Part shown: one piece after another, positions 12,671 through 24,336 of the stretch
How positions within the stretch are numbered: position 1 is the first letter of the stretch
How the letters are laid out: each line of letters opens with the position of its first letter
Assembly: GCA_002256025.1 (NCBI GenBank)
Contig: NKIB01009402.1
Location: 1-64,000, forward strand
Length of the DNA: 64,000 bases
Source of the DNA: Asterionella formosa
Taxonomy: Eukaryota
Reading direction: 5' to 3'
The notes under the pieces: model-generated
What the model was told of the DNA's origin: nothing
The model's database searches: none
The model's input: only the letters and a program-made list of their open reading frames with translations
Program-made: the position numbers and the translations under genes

Positions 12671-13213
12671 TCACCAATTATATTGCCATTTGGAGGAATC
12701 GCCCCCAAGTCGTTCTCGAATCGCACTCGCCGAGTCTCCGGCATCCACCTTTGTTAAACTATCCGAATGCATCTTCCCTTGATCCTTGATAGCTTGCAAA
12801 ATAGAATTAATGTTCGTCTCTAGTACCATGCCTCCCATAACAATCTCGTCTAGGACATAATGTACTCGGTCAGAATGAAAAATCAAGTCCAGCTCGCACA
12901 CATTTTCAAAGCATTTGTCCAATGCTTCCACAAAGACCTGAATCAAATCCAAAATACCCAAATCAGATTCTTGTTGATCTACGGCAAATACAAAATATAG
13001 CGTCGCATAGTGTCTGTAAATGAGCTTGATATTATCTCCCCATTCCGGAATGCTGCCCTCTAGATAATTGCAGAAGCTGTCTGGTCGTTGCGAGACTTGT
13101 TGGAAGATGCGACGAATGACGTGCTGCTGTTTTTCTTCGGATGTTACAGACTGATAAAACTTGACCAGTCGTGGCTTCCCGTGGTTGTTGACGATTATAA
13201 TTCCTTTGATCAT
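12671..13213 (-). CDS. AP3S: AP-3 adaptor complex sigma subunit
   Basis: MIKGIIIVNNHGKPRLVKFY, YRHYATLYF, ESDLGILDLIQVFVEALDKCFENVCELDLIFH. The start is placed at the conserved Met at 13213 rather than the longer ORF start. Confidence 0.93.
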   Translation of the reverse strand: MIKGIIIVNNHGKPRLVKFYQSVTSEEKQQHVIRRIFQQVSQRPDSFCNYLEGSIPEWGDNIKLIYRHYATLYFVFAVDQQESDLGILDLIQVFVEALDKCFENVCELDLIFHSDRVHYVLDEIVMGGMVLETNINSILQAIKDQGKMHSDSLTKVDAGDSASAIRERLGGDSSKWQYNW

Positions 13214-13473
13214 TTTTCGCTGTCGAAGAGGGTCTATTATAGTTGACGGGTCGACTGCGGTATGATGGAAGCAATGGCGATGATACGATTCAAACTTGCG
13301 GTATTCTGTAGATGTTGAATAATACGAGTACCGGCAGTAGCTAGTACTGGAGTTTGACGATTCAATGATTCGGTGTCGCCGAGGCTGAGGCCTGAGGACG
13401 ACGCTGGTGCTGCTGACGATGAATGGTGAAACTGGGAGCCTGGAGTACCTTACTGGTACCATGGGGGTCTATG

Positions 13474-13620
13474 GAAAATGACGATATTTCGCTCGTCCCC
13501 TACCGGTAATTAGATCGTCCCCCTATCCCTAACCCTAATCCCTAAGCCTGAACTTCAGATGCTACTGGTACCTTGGAAGAGTCTAGGATTAGGGTTAATA
13601 GGTGGACAAAATGTCGAAAT
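13474..13620. repeat. Dispersed repeat with CCCTAA/TTAGGG core, related to 2531-2622
   Basis: gatatttcg..gtcc, ccctatccctaaccctaatccctaa and gattagggtt...ggacaaaatgtcg share motifs with the 2.5 kb element. Confidence 0.45.
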
Positions 13621-14186
13621 ACATACAGGTAGGTAACAAAGCAAGGTGGGGATGATATACCGGAATTAACTTTTCGACTCATACGACGTCATCAGTTTGC
13701 AAATACACAACCACGAGAACTGAAGAAAGTGGTGCCAAATTTTTTCCAAGATGAAGTGGTATCTTTTTCTACCGGTTTGTGTACCGGAATTTTTATTTAT
13801 TTCGGGCTAACTGTACGTAGAAAGAAGTTCTGCGTATAGAAAATAAAGGAAACAAAAGAACACAGAACGTCATGATGGTAAGCTGATACTTACCATGTAC
13901 CGTTAAGAGTTCGTACAGTCAGGACACTCCCCCGCCCGATACATTAGCCGCACAATTTGTTGTGCCATTTTCCATGATTTTGCATCCGACGGTTGGGAAT
14001 CCTTCATCGTCGTAGAAATTAGTTGCCGGTAGCTATGCGGATGATGTGCCGTATGTACTCTATACGTGTTAATATTAATTACCGGTAAAAGCTAGTCTTG
14101 AGGGTCTGACCATCCGATAATATCCAACCTTTCTCATTACATATTTGCTGGTGATCGCCATTCTCAAAAAATAAGATTTCATCATC

Positions 14187-15773
14187 ATGAAGTACTCTGC
14201 TGCCGTTGTTTTTATTGCCGCAACATGCGCTTCTGCGTTTCAGTCTCCAGCTGCATTCACTCGCAGCAGCCAATCATCGGCGCTTCAGATGGCAGTGCTT
14301 TCGAGTCAGACTGGCAAGTCAAGTCTTGATCCAGCTGTCATTGATAAGTACAACGCCCTACCATTCCCTTCTGATCAGATTCTTGCAGAGTATGTCTGGG
14401 TTGATGCTGTCGGAAACACTCGTTCCAAGACACGCACACTCCTTGCTTCCAAGGTGAATCATAAATTGAAAAAATATCGCAAATACTGTCATTCACAAAT
14501 AAAAAAATATTCTCACATCTTTATTTCGCTTTCAATTAGATCAAGACGATTGCAGATCTACCAAAGTGGAACTTTGATGGATCTTCAACTGGCCAGGCAC
14601 CTGGCGATGATTCGGAAGTGATTATGAAGCCTTGCCGTATGTTCAAGGATCCGTTCCGCCCCCGTTCTGATGGAGTTGACAACCTCCTTGTCATGTGTGA
14701 TACCTACACCCCTGCAGGCGAGCCCCTTCCCACTAATTCACGTGCTTATGGTACGTTCCCTTTTCTTCTATATCACAGTCTTTCATTTGTTGTCATGGTT
14801 CACATTCAACATTCCGGAACTACCGGTATGCACACCATTAATGAGAACCCTCCCACCAATTTGCGAATTTATTAGCCATTTTGAATCAGGAAGTGCAGAT
14901 CTTCCGGCACTGAATCCCTCGTACAAACAGGTAATTTTAGCCAGCGAAAACCTTGGGTAAATACTCACCATATTCATTTTGCACATTTATTCAACAGCCC
15001 AGAAACAGTTTGAAGGTAGAGAAGGAGAAGAAGTTTGGTTCGGCCTCGAACAAGAATTTACTCTATTTAACATGGATCAGCGCACTCCTCTTGGTTGGCC
15101 AGAGGGTGGTATGCCCAGCCGTGCTCAGGGACCGTATTATTGCTCAGTAGGACCAGAAAACAACTTTGGACGTGCCATTACTGATGCCATGTACAAAGCA
15201 TGTTTGTATGCTGGAATTACCATCTCTGGTGTGAACGGAGAAGTTATGCCTGGGCAACAAGAATATCAAGTTGGCCCGTGTGTTGGAATTGACGCTGGAG
15301 ATCAACTAACTATGTCTCGATACATCCTTCAACGTGTCTGTGAAGACTTCCAAGTGTACTGCACATTGTTCCCTAAGCCTATTGTAGAGGGTGATTGGAA
15401 CGGAGCTGGTATGCATACCAACGTTTCTACCAAATCCATGCGTGAGGAGGGTGGTTTGGAAATTATCAAAAAGGCAATTTACAAGTTGGGTGCCAAGCAT
15501 GCCGAACATATTGCCATTTATGGAGAGGGCAATGAGTTGCGTTTGACAGGAAAGCATGAAACGGCATCTATTGAGAATTTTTCATTTGGAATTGCCAATC
15601 GTGGTGCTTCGGTCCGTATTGGACGCGATACTGAAGCCGAGGGGAAGGGATACTTCGAAGATCGCCGACCCTCGTCAAATGCCGATCCTTACCTTGTAAC
15701 TGGAAAGATTATGGAAACCATCATGGGAGAGGAAGCTCCTGAAATTGCTGCTCTCAACAAAGCACAGGCCTAA
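14187..15773 (+). CDS. GLN2: Plastid-targeted glutamine synthetase type II
   Basis: Exons 14187-14453, 14540-14750 and 14998-15773 splice in frame (GT-AG). Motifs: [54 protein letters not shown]. The N-terminal signal peptide ends in ASAF. Confidence 0.96.
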
Positions 15774-15884
15774 ACAGTGCAGCTATAGTTTGCTGGTTCT
15801 CTACATTGATTTCCATGTGCGTTGAAAAAGTTACCTCACAGTTTTAAGCTAAAGTTTTGTCCTTATATCATTTAAATAAATGTT

Positions 15885-16679
15885 TTAAGGGAAGTAGGGC
15901 CTCCATCGCACCAATTTTTTGACTCCTAATCCATGTGCTATTGCTTCAGTTTTGACTTTGTTGACATCCGGTCGATCGACGGCTGTCACTTCTACTTCTA
16001 GGTCATGATTCACCGCAGATTGAATAAAATCACAAACCGCGTCATACGGCTGGAACTTTGCTCCTGTTGTGTGTATTGGATCCATAAGCTGGTTGTATTG
16101 ATTTGAATTGTCCGTCATGAGAGCTACGCTGACGGCATGAACTCCATGTTGTTTCAATTCCAGTACAGCATCAGTCGACGTTGATGTTGGAATCATCAGT
16201 AACCCATTTGTAACAACCCGAATCTTGGTCATTGTCGAAAACTCGTTGGCTATTGATAACAAGGCATCCCATTGCAAGGTGGGTTCTCCTTCTCCAGCGA
16301 TGACAAGTGACTCGTAGTCGTTGATCGAGGACGCTTCTAATTCAGAACGAATAGAAGCTTTTAATTCAGAAATGGATTCCAAAGGATGGTTCGCTGGCAT
16401 TTCAGTGATTCGTTCAAAGAGATACTCTGGCAGTGCTTGTGGGTATTCAGTGGTATCTAAGTAATTGCACCAGTGATGCCATTGCCGAGTCTCGCTCTCC
16501 CAATCTCGGAATCGGCACAGGGTCGAAACGACATGAGCAGGCAATTGAAATTTAGGCCCTCTGGTTTGAGGCAATGTCTTTGTATTGCATCGACTTGTCA
16601 ACGGAACGTATAACGACCGGCCCAACGTATACGTCAAGGCTGATGACGAGGAGGAGAAGGATTGGATCGTTGCTTTCAT
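15885..16679 (-). CDS. Radical-SAM-fold protein similar to bacterial TatD-associated radical SAM proteins, degenerate cluster motif
   Basis: LTYTLGRSLYVPLTSRC, IAGEGEPTL, IRVVTNG, VSVALMTDNSNQYNQLMDP, YDAVCDFI, VEVTAV and C-terminal VRWRPYFP. Only one Cys is present at the CxxxCxxC position. Confidence 0.7.
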   Translation of the reverse strand: MKATIQSFSSSSSALTYTLGRSLYVPLTSRCNTKTLPQTRGPKFQLPAHVVSTLCRFRDWESETRQWHHWCNYLDTTEYPQALPEYLFERITEMPANHPLESISELKASIRSELEASSINDYESLVIAGEGEPTLQWDALLSIANEFSTMTKIRVVTNGLLMIPTSTSTDAVLELKQHGVHAVSVALMTDNSNQYNQLMDPIHTTGAKFQPYDAVCDFIQSAVNHDLEVEVTAVDRPDVNKVKTEAIAHGLGVKKLVRWRPYFP

Positions 16680-17308
16680 TATTTGTACAATGTCCTTGTT
16701 TCTGCTTGTGTGATGGCACCGAGAGGAGTGAAGGATTCACTTGCTGCTGGCCACCACAAAATTCTTTGGCAGCTGCCCTAAAAAATGGTGATGGAACAAT
16801 GAACAAAATCAATAGTTAGCTAGTCTACCGGTTGGTATAAATCGTATGTATGATTGCAGAAAATTCAAGGAACAAGGAGAAAGAAGCCAATAAAAATGCA
16901 CTAGGCCATCAGCCATCAATGAGCGATTGTTCCTTCTTGGCGACGAATCCGAATGCATGATGATGAATCAATCGTGATAGCATCACTCCTTAGCGTGTGA
17001 AATTACTTAGTAGGAGAACCATCGGTAACCGAGCTACCGGTTGTGAACAACGACCTATCTACCGGTACAAAATGCGTGTAGAATACCGGTAACCGGTAAG
17101 TAAATAATTTTTAGAGCCATCATAAAAGCAACGCATGATGTACGGCTGTAAGTGTGACATAGCTATTAGGAAATGGGGATTGGTTCTTGGTAGGAGTACT
17201 CATTACAACAATATGAGAAAGCTATACTCAGCAATGAATCGGAGAGTTGCATGTGAAGGATAGTATGTTGTTTGTTTGGCAAGATAGGCAGGGAGGGGAC
17301 CACAAACT

Positions 17309-18092
17309 TTATCGTCCAAACTGCATATTTTCACCACGCTTCTTCTTCTTCTTCACATCTTGTTTGGCCTTTAATTCCTTGGCAGCAGTCACAGCTGCTT
17401 CCGACGATCCAGATGCAGTCTTTTTCTTGGTCTTAGATTTCACAATAGCAGAAACATCCACCACAGGAGTTGTAGTATCGGTTTCTTCTGGAGCGTCGTC
17501 TGTTGTACTGTTACCAACAGTAGACTTCTTTTTCTTCTTTCGTCGTTTCTTGTTTGTCCCGACAGCATTCCCTTCCTCGTTGGCTTCTTCCTCGTCTTCC
17601 TCGTCTTCCTCCTCATCGACCACTTCTATTCCGAGCTCATTGAGAATATCATCCAGATTTTCTAGTTGATCTTGGACAGTTTGTTTTTTCAATTCCGCCT
17701 TGGCTTTGGCTCTTTCTTTGGCAGCTTCCAAGCGTTTCTGTCTAGCATCTGGATCATCCTCATGAAGATCCTCACGTTCCTTGTCGTCCTCGTCTTCATC
17801 ATCGCCAATATGAAATCTACCAGTAGGGACTGACACCACCTCGGAAGGTTTGATGGGCTCCATCATCTGTAAATATCAACAGAACCAAAGAATCACCAAG
17901 CGATGGGTCAGACGTGATTCATGTAAAAAGAAACGATTTGGCGCTCACAGACAAAGCAGGTAAGCAAGCCATGAAAATATAGATAAACAAACGTACCTGG
18001 ACTGGAGTGATAATGACTTGTGGTGCTGGCATTTCCACATCGTCTTTATGATCTTCTTCATCACTCGTATCGGCCCATCTAACGCCACTCAT
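17309..18092 (-). CDS. Hypothetical highly charged low-complexity protein
   Basis: Exon 1 runs 18092-17997 (MSGVRWADTSDEED...), followed by a GTACGT...ACAG intron at 17996-17867. Exon 2 (17866-17309) is in frame and carries acidic and poly-Lys tracts and LDDILNELGI. Confidence 0.75.
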
Positions 18093-18719
18093 GGTTATTC
18101 TACTAGAATATGTAGTTATATATCACGAGATATATTAATAGATTGATTTATCAAATGGTAAATCGTTCGAGAGGATCCTTTAGAATGCTACAAATATGCC
18201 TTTCCGTTTTGGTTGAGTTTTGACACTAAGATTTGTGATTGCTGTTGTCGACTTTTGTGCTGCCGTTGTTGTTGTTGTTCTTGTCAGCTAAACAAAAAGG
18301 GTAATACTAATTCTTCACTTGTGATTGTTTGTGTCGTTCTCCTTGGCCTGACGATGGCTAATGTTGCGTAGGTATACTCTCACTCTCACTCTCTGTCTCA
18401 CACACACTCACTCACTCGTCACGGTGGTCCAATACATACATTTACTTGTTGTGAATAATACAGGACAAAGTAAATATGTTGTATACCGGTATATATTGTA
18501 AGACTGTCATCAGGTACCATCCAATATTATTTTTACCAGTATCACTAAAATACACGACCAACGACGCGTCGAGAAAAGAGGAGAGGAGGAGTCCAATCGA
18601 AGAAATCTTGTGGATTGTAGCGATGCAAGGAGGAAACGTCATAAAATGCGTCAACGGAACAGGCACAGACGGGTTCACCATGTCATGCTGGGAGTGAAAC
18701 CATACTGTAGCACATGCCA

Positions 18720-18754
18720 GGCAGTCGGCAGTCGGCAGTCGGCAGTCGGCAGTC
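18720..18754. repeat. Heptamer tandem repeat (GGCAGTC)x5
   Basis: Five perfect copies read directly. Confidence 0.95.
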
Positions 18755-18879
18755 GTAAATGATATACCGGTATGCATTTGCGCACACTCATGATACAGGT
18801 AGACTACCGGTAGTATCATTCATCATAGGTAAGCAGAATACACTAGTCTACTGGTATCCTCCCTAGATAGACGAGTATG

Positions 18880-20322
18880 CAGTGGAACCTCCCTACCATA
18901 CACCATACATACCCCCTATACAAGTTAAACCTTTATCAAATGAATTACCGTACTATATGTGACCCTCTCTATAAGATAAACCCTCTATTAGATATACTTG
19001 GATACACTTTTGCTGAAAAATCGCTATTCTGACCTCTGTACAAGATATAGGAGAGACCATGTCTGGATAAGAGTGCCACGCAGTCTGCACTCAGTTTGAA
19101 CAAGAAGTTTTTCCTCATTTTTCTTGTCTTAATCTCAAATCACTGCGGACTGACAATCTTCAGTACCAGTTGGTGCTTGCTGACAATCTTCAGTACTACT
19201 ACTACCAGTTGCTTACACATGCAATAGAAGCATTGTCAGTATATGTATGACGTCATCTTAGCAATGATTTGGTGATAGCTATTACTTGTGACATTATGTG
19301 TCAACAACAGTTCATATTATGATTTTTAGTTTCATACATTAATGAAAGGAAACTTAATTGTTTCTTGTCCATTTGCTTCCATTCTTGGACTCATATCAAT
19401 CTCAAAGATTCAGACATTATCACCATTCTAATATTGGCTGGGAAGTGTTCTTGTAAACAAGAGCATGTTGGAAATTAAGTGAAAATGTAAAAGTGTTTCC
19501 ATTGATACAAAATTATCAGCAAGAAAGCTTTTTTGTAACGGGAATAGTGTTAGAGGAGAAGTTGCTTCTACTAAACTTGCCATAAGCATTGGAGCGGTTC
19601 AAAAATAAGAAAGAAGGAGGGCTTACTGAGGATGGAACAAGGAGAATCGACAATGTGATCAATGAAAATGAATCATCTTAATAGTTATACAGAAATAAAC
19701 AAAGTATTGTGGAGATGGTTTTGTACTGCTCACGCAAATGTTTGTTATCTATTTAGTGGACTCATTCTAATAAACAATAAAACGTTGTCGATTGCCACCG
19801 AAGCATTCGAACCAGATCATAATTTTAAGGCACCTAATGGCGGCCTTGAAAAATGGAAGAAAAGACACAATCATGTCAAATAATTCGCTATTTGTGGAGA
19901 GTCTGGTAATTTAATAGACATTGGTTAGCCTGAAAAATGGAAAGCTTATTTTGTGTGATAGATATCTTCCAGATGAAATTTTGCGTTCTATACCCTCACG
20001 AGAGACATCACTTGGATCTTAACAGCACTGACAGATGTAAACGAAAGAATTTATATGAGCAGGTGCTCCCATTGCTGGAAATATCTGACTCAGTTCAGAA
20101 AAGGTCCCATCCTAGACTTATTCAGCTTTCAATCAAATCTTTTTTCTTCCAAATGAATATCAAAATTTAGGCTTACGTATTATGTACTTTGGTACTGTAA
20201 GTACAAAACAGGGCAAAATTGTTGAACCTCCGTATTAAATACACATCGCTCTCTGTAAAATACAACTAGGTCATTCCTACAGGAGCAAATAGGGTGTATG
20301 ATCTTATAGGTAGGTTATACTG
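18880..20322 (+). mobile_element. Decayed pogo/Tigger-like (Tc1/mariner superfamily) DNA transposon
   Basis: Imperfect TIRs CAGTGGAACCTCCCTA (18880) / TAGGTAGGTTATACTG (ending 20322) and subterminal ctct.taagata repeats. The internal remnant at about 19690-19910, INKVLWRWF...FKAPNGGLEKWKKRHN..*FAICGESG, matches a CENP-B-type HTH. No intact DDE domain was seen. Confidence 0.8.
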
Positions 20323-22440
20323 CTGTAGTTGCAACAGAATCAGCAACCATTCCGGGAACCTCCTCTCACTTTTGCGAATCCCGAAAAGTGAAGCAATATG
20401 CACCTTTTCACAAGACAAAACTGTAAATGGGTGAAATGGTTAGATCGGTATATTTAGGTAATTATTTCACTAAATAGCAAGAATTTTTTGGACCGTTGAG
20501 GGCTTTTGATTTCTCATTGGCAAGCACATGCACTGAACCTCATCGGCGTATGTTATATCAGCTGTGCTGATAGACTAGCCCGAAAGAGATATAGTTAGAA
20601 TGTAAAAAGTATGCAGTTTTGGACAATTCAAAAATTGTTCTATACTAGACGTCATATAATTAGGCTAGATTTTTGACATCCATGTTGGCAGTCTCATCAG
20701 CCTCCTCTTGTGGTTGCGAAACGAGCAATCAACGATGTATTGCACCTGCTCTGGTTTCATATTACTACTGCCAATAGTTTGTTATCAAATGGTTAAGGAA
20801 AGCAGGGTTCTGGAGAAGCAAACAATATTCCAGAGGGGACATGATTCTACGATAAAAGAGCCCAAAAACGAGGCAAGTTCAAAGACATATTAGGTACACC
20901 ATTCGATTTGGAATAATTTTCAAACTGGTAAGACTGATAGCTGTAGAATTATCAGAGCTTTCGCTTCATGAAAGAACACACCAGAAAGTTTGGTTGCAAC
21001 TATATATGGTGAACAGAGGGAGTAAAACCAGGTACCTGGTGGAAGTACCATGATGTTACCAGTAGTCTAGGACTACTCATCAACAGGATTGGTGGGTACC
21101 AGATACTACTAATTGCTGGACCCAATAGGAATCACAAAGTCACAAAGTGCACACATTTTTAACAATCCTCCTTGGGGGACACAAAATCAGCAAATCGTTT
21201 TGACTTGCTGGAATCCATGTTTAGGCAGGAGTGGCTAGACTGGTTTTGTAGCCTTGTCCTGTTTGCTTTTTTTACAGCACAAAGTAATGTGATTTCTATC
21301 CTCGTCAGTCCCCCATATTTGTGGCTACACTATTCTATTTTAAACAAGTACCAATTGGGTGCTCATAAAATAATCTGTGAATGCAATATCAAAAGGTGAA
21401 ATGCAAAATTTTGAGTAGGTACATTTGTGATACATTATTTTACCAGGTACCTGGTACCTGGTACTGTAGGTATGTTGGACAGAAGGTTCAGCTGTATCGC
21501 AGTGACACCAAGTGTTTGTTAAAGTCATTCGATTCAATGGAAACCATGAAATTAAAGTGTGGGAGATGAGGGCAAAACAAGATTTACCTGGTACCGGTGG
21601 ATTGTTGACTCCCTTGGCGATGTATTTTTCACATTCTATTAATGCATACTACAAGACCTTCCTTGCTTGACTGTCGTGCACCAGCAAATAGACCGGTATG
21701 CAACCCGGTTATATTTGAGTCATAGGTCAACAAATTCAAGCGGGCTTTTACAGGTACTAGGTACCTGGTACTGTACACTATGTACCTGTACGTACTGGTA
21801 CTTTACCGTACTCCAACAGAATACCGGTACTATTATGCGTGGGTATACCGGTATTGTACACTATGAGGACACCTTGCTCGATGGTCTGGTAAAACACGTG
21901 TTTTACTTAAAAAAGGGTTAAGCTAAATATCTCGAATACCGCCCGTACCTTGCTTCATTTGATTGAATGTCGTATCCTAGATACTGGTACCGGTACCAGG
22001 TACCTGTAACTACCTGGTACCAGTGCCGGAAGGAGTGGGATGAATTTGAGGAGGAGGTGGAGTCATTTCGGGACATCTTCGTAGATATATACTATGAAGT
22101 GTATTCATGTATGAATACAGATCAAACATGTCGTGCGACGAATTACTTTTTATTAATTTATTAAATTTTATTAGCTACTTAACACAAAAAAACTCCTCGT
22201 CGATGACCTTAGTTGCATCTCATGTACAGAAATTTAAGTTTTTTTCATTTTAAATGAAGCAACAATATTAAAGAAATAAACCCGCACTCATGTTCTGGCA
22301 CCAGTAAACCGGTAATTAACATACAAGTGCTTCATTACTATACACTGATACAAGTGATTCATCGGTCCTATCTGACAACTTTAGATAGAGCAAGTCTATT
22401 TGCCGATAGCGGGAGAATCTCATTGAGTGTAACCCTAGGG

Positions 22441-24336
22441 ATGATGGCGCCGAAGGAACGAACCATTGCTCCTAGGCAGATCTCAACCACCTCGAGGAGA
22501 GGCACCTTGCGACCCTTTCTACCATTAGTTCTTATGCTCTTGCTTGGCATTCTGGAACGATCGTTAGCGGTTGACAGTGAATGCTCATCGTATCTTGCAC
22601 AATCCGACGTAAACCAGGACGGCAACTTGGACAAGGACGAATACATTTCGTTTGTGGATGAATTGTCCAACGGAGCCTACTTGGATGTGTTTTTGTTGTC
22701 ATTCGATGAGCTTCCGACAGAAGTACAACTAAACTATTTCAATTACTCATGTACCCGATGCACAAATGACCCCTCGTGCGCTTGCCACGATGCTTCGGAA
22801 GGAATTGACATTTTCGGTTTCACAAAAGGTCAAAGTGCCGACCAATGGAGTCTCCTAGAAAATTTTTGTTTTCAAACTCGACTCGCTATTGGAAATTCAC
22901 AAGCGAAAGCGAGGGATGCTACAGTTCCAGTATCGAGTCCAATGATTGATACGAAATCCTACTACTTGGGAGTTCCTTCTGTCGAAAGTACGTTGCAGCT
23001 TCGGCAAGCATCAACACCAGCCCCAACTCCAAGTTATCTGCAATGCTCCATTGCCATGACTATTGCGGATTTGGATCATGATTCTCTCCTGAATCAAGAC
23101 GAGTATGTTGGATTAATTAATCGATTGTCTGGAAATCAATTCTCGAATGCTTTCTTTTTTCTTCCAGTAATTATGCAATCGACCTACAGCGAACTACAGT
23201 ACAATGGAGCCTTTGCTGGGATTAATGTCAACGGGTCCAAACCGGGGGACATTCCAACCGATGCACAGTTGGCTGATTTGGAAAATATTTGCAACGCGAT
23301 TGTTGGCGCTATTAATTTTGTACTTTATGGAGAGACAACTCCTGTGTCAACACCAACCCCCACGGCAGTGCCGATACCGTCGGCCACCACTGCAGCTCCA
23401 GCAATAAACAGTACACCCAATCCGACTATGGCAGCGACGCCTGATCCAACAACAACAGCACCAGTAACGCCAGCTCCAATAGTAGCCACGACGCCTATAC
23501 CAACACTACCCAAGACACTTGCTCCAACAGCAGCACCAACGCCTATTCCAACAGTAGTAGCAGCAACACCAATTCCAACAGTGGCGATAACGCCAACTCC
23601 AACAATGGCAGCAACAACTATCCCGATAGTGGCGATAACGCCAACTCCAACAGTAGCCGCCACTAAAACCCCGATACCGGCCCCAACGCCAACGCCAAAA
23701 AGTGTCAAGCCAACAACTCCGATTTCCGAAAGTCTGACAGACCCGCCGTCATCATTGCTGTCGCTCGCTCCGGCATCGTTTATTGGAAACGTGACTTTTA
23801 AGATATCCAACGCAAACGGCTTTACTGCTGACGTATTGCGATTTGGTGGTATTCGAAATTCGCTGCAACGGTCGATGAACGTTATGCTAATTGAAATCAT
23901 CAACAATGCATCCAAATCCAGTCGTCAATTGCGAGGTAGACGAAGGTTGCGTGGGACTTATTTGGAGGACTCTGCTAGTATTGATGCCTTGCGTGATATT
24001 AACTGCACCCAAGGGATACCACAGGGCAGAAACTGCCAATCAGCGAGTGCGTCCTTCAAGTGGTTAGTATCCAATGAAGCAGCTGCTCAGTTCTACTCGA
24101 AGAAGGTACAATCAGCGATTGAGGGCAAGAAGCTACAAGCTTCCTTAGATATGGATTCTCCTGACTCACTTATTACGATCGAAGAAGGTAGTGGCATTGT
24201 TCGTGAATCAACGTTTTTCGGTCCATTCTCAACGACCGACAAAAGTTTCTGGACGCCACCGAAGATTGCGGCTATCTCCTGTTGTTGTATTTTTATGATG
24301 TTAATACTTGTACTATGGTGCTGTTCCAAGAGGTAG
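22441..24336 (+). CDS. Type I membrane/cell-surface protein: signal peptide, two Cys-containing EF-hand-like modules, Pro/Thr mucin-like stalk, C-terminal TM
   Basis: Hydrophobic N-terminal segment PFLPLVLMLLLGILERSLA, loops DVNQDGNLDKDEY and DLDHDSLLNQDEY, PTPT/ATP repeats, RQLRGRRRL and TM IAAISCCCIFMMLILVLWCC. The start is placed at ATG 22441. Confidence 0.85.
   Translation: MMAPKERTIAPRQISTTSRRGTLRPFLPLVLMLLLGILERSLAVDSECSSYLAQSDVNQDGNLDKDEYISFVDELSNGAYLDVFLLSFDELPTEVQLNYFNYSCTRCTNDPSCACHDASEGIDIFGFTKGQSADQWSLLENFCFQTRLAIGNSQAKARDATVPVSSPMIDTKSYYLGVPSVESTLQLRQASTPAPTPSYLQCSIAMTIADLDHDSLLNQDEYVGLINRLSGNQFSNAFFFLPVIMQSTYSELQYNGAFAGINVNGSKPGDIPTDAQLADLENICNAIVGAINFVLYGETTPVSTPTPTAVPIPSATTAAPAINSTPNPTMAATPDPTTTAPVTPAPIVATTPIPTLPKTLAPTAAPTPIPTVVAATPIPTVAITPTPTMAATTIPIVAITPTPTVAATKTPIPAPTPTPKSVKPTTPISESLTDPPSSLLSLAPASFIGNVTFKISNANGFTADVLRFGGIRNSLQRSMNVMLIEIINNASKSSRQLRGRRRLRGTYLEDSASIDALRDINCTQGIPQGRNCQSASASFKWLVSNEAAAQFYSKKVQSAIEGKKLQASLDMDSPDSLITIEEGSGIVRESTFFGPFSTTDKSFWTPPKIAAISCCCIFMMLILVLWCCSKR

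Noticed and set aside
13214..13462. 83-aa N-terminal extension of AP-3 sigma in the ORF track
   Set aside because: The family starts at MIKG. The extension is low-complexity and is probably 5' UTR that happens to be open.
13523..13597. Possible true telomere or chromosome-fusion scar
   Set aside because: Only 2-4 imperfect units are present, inside a dispersed repeat between ordinary genes.
23325..23915. 196-aa antisense ORF rich in Val/Gly
   Set aside because: It is the shadow of the Pro/Thr repeat on the plus strand.
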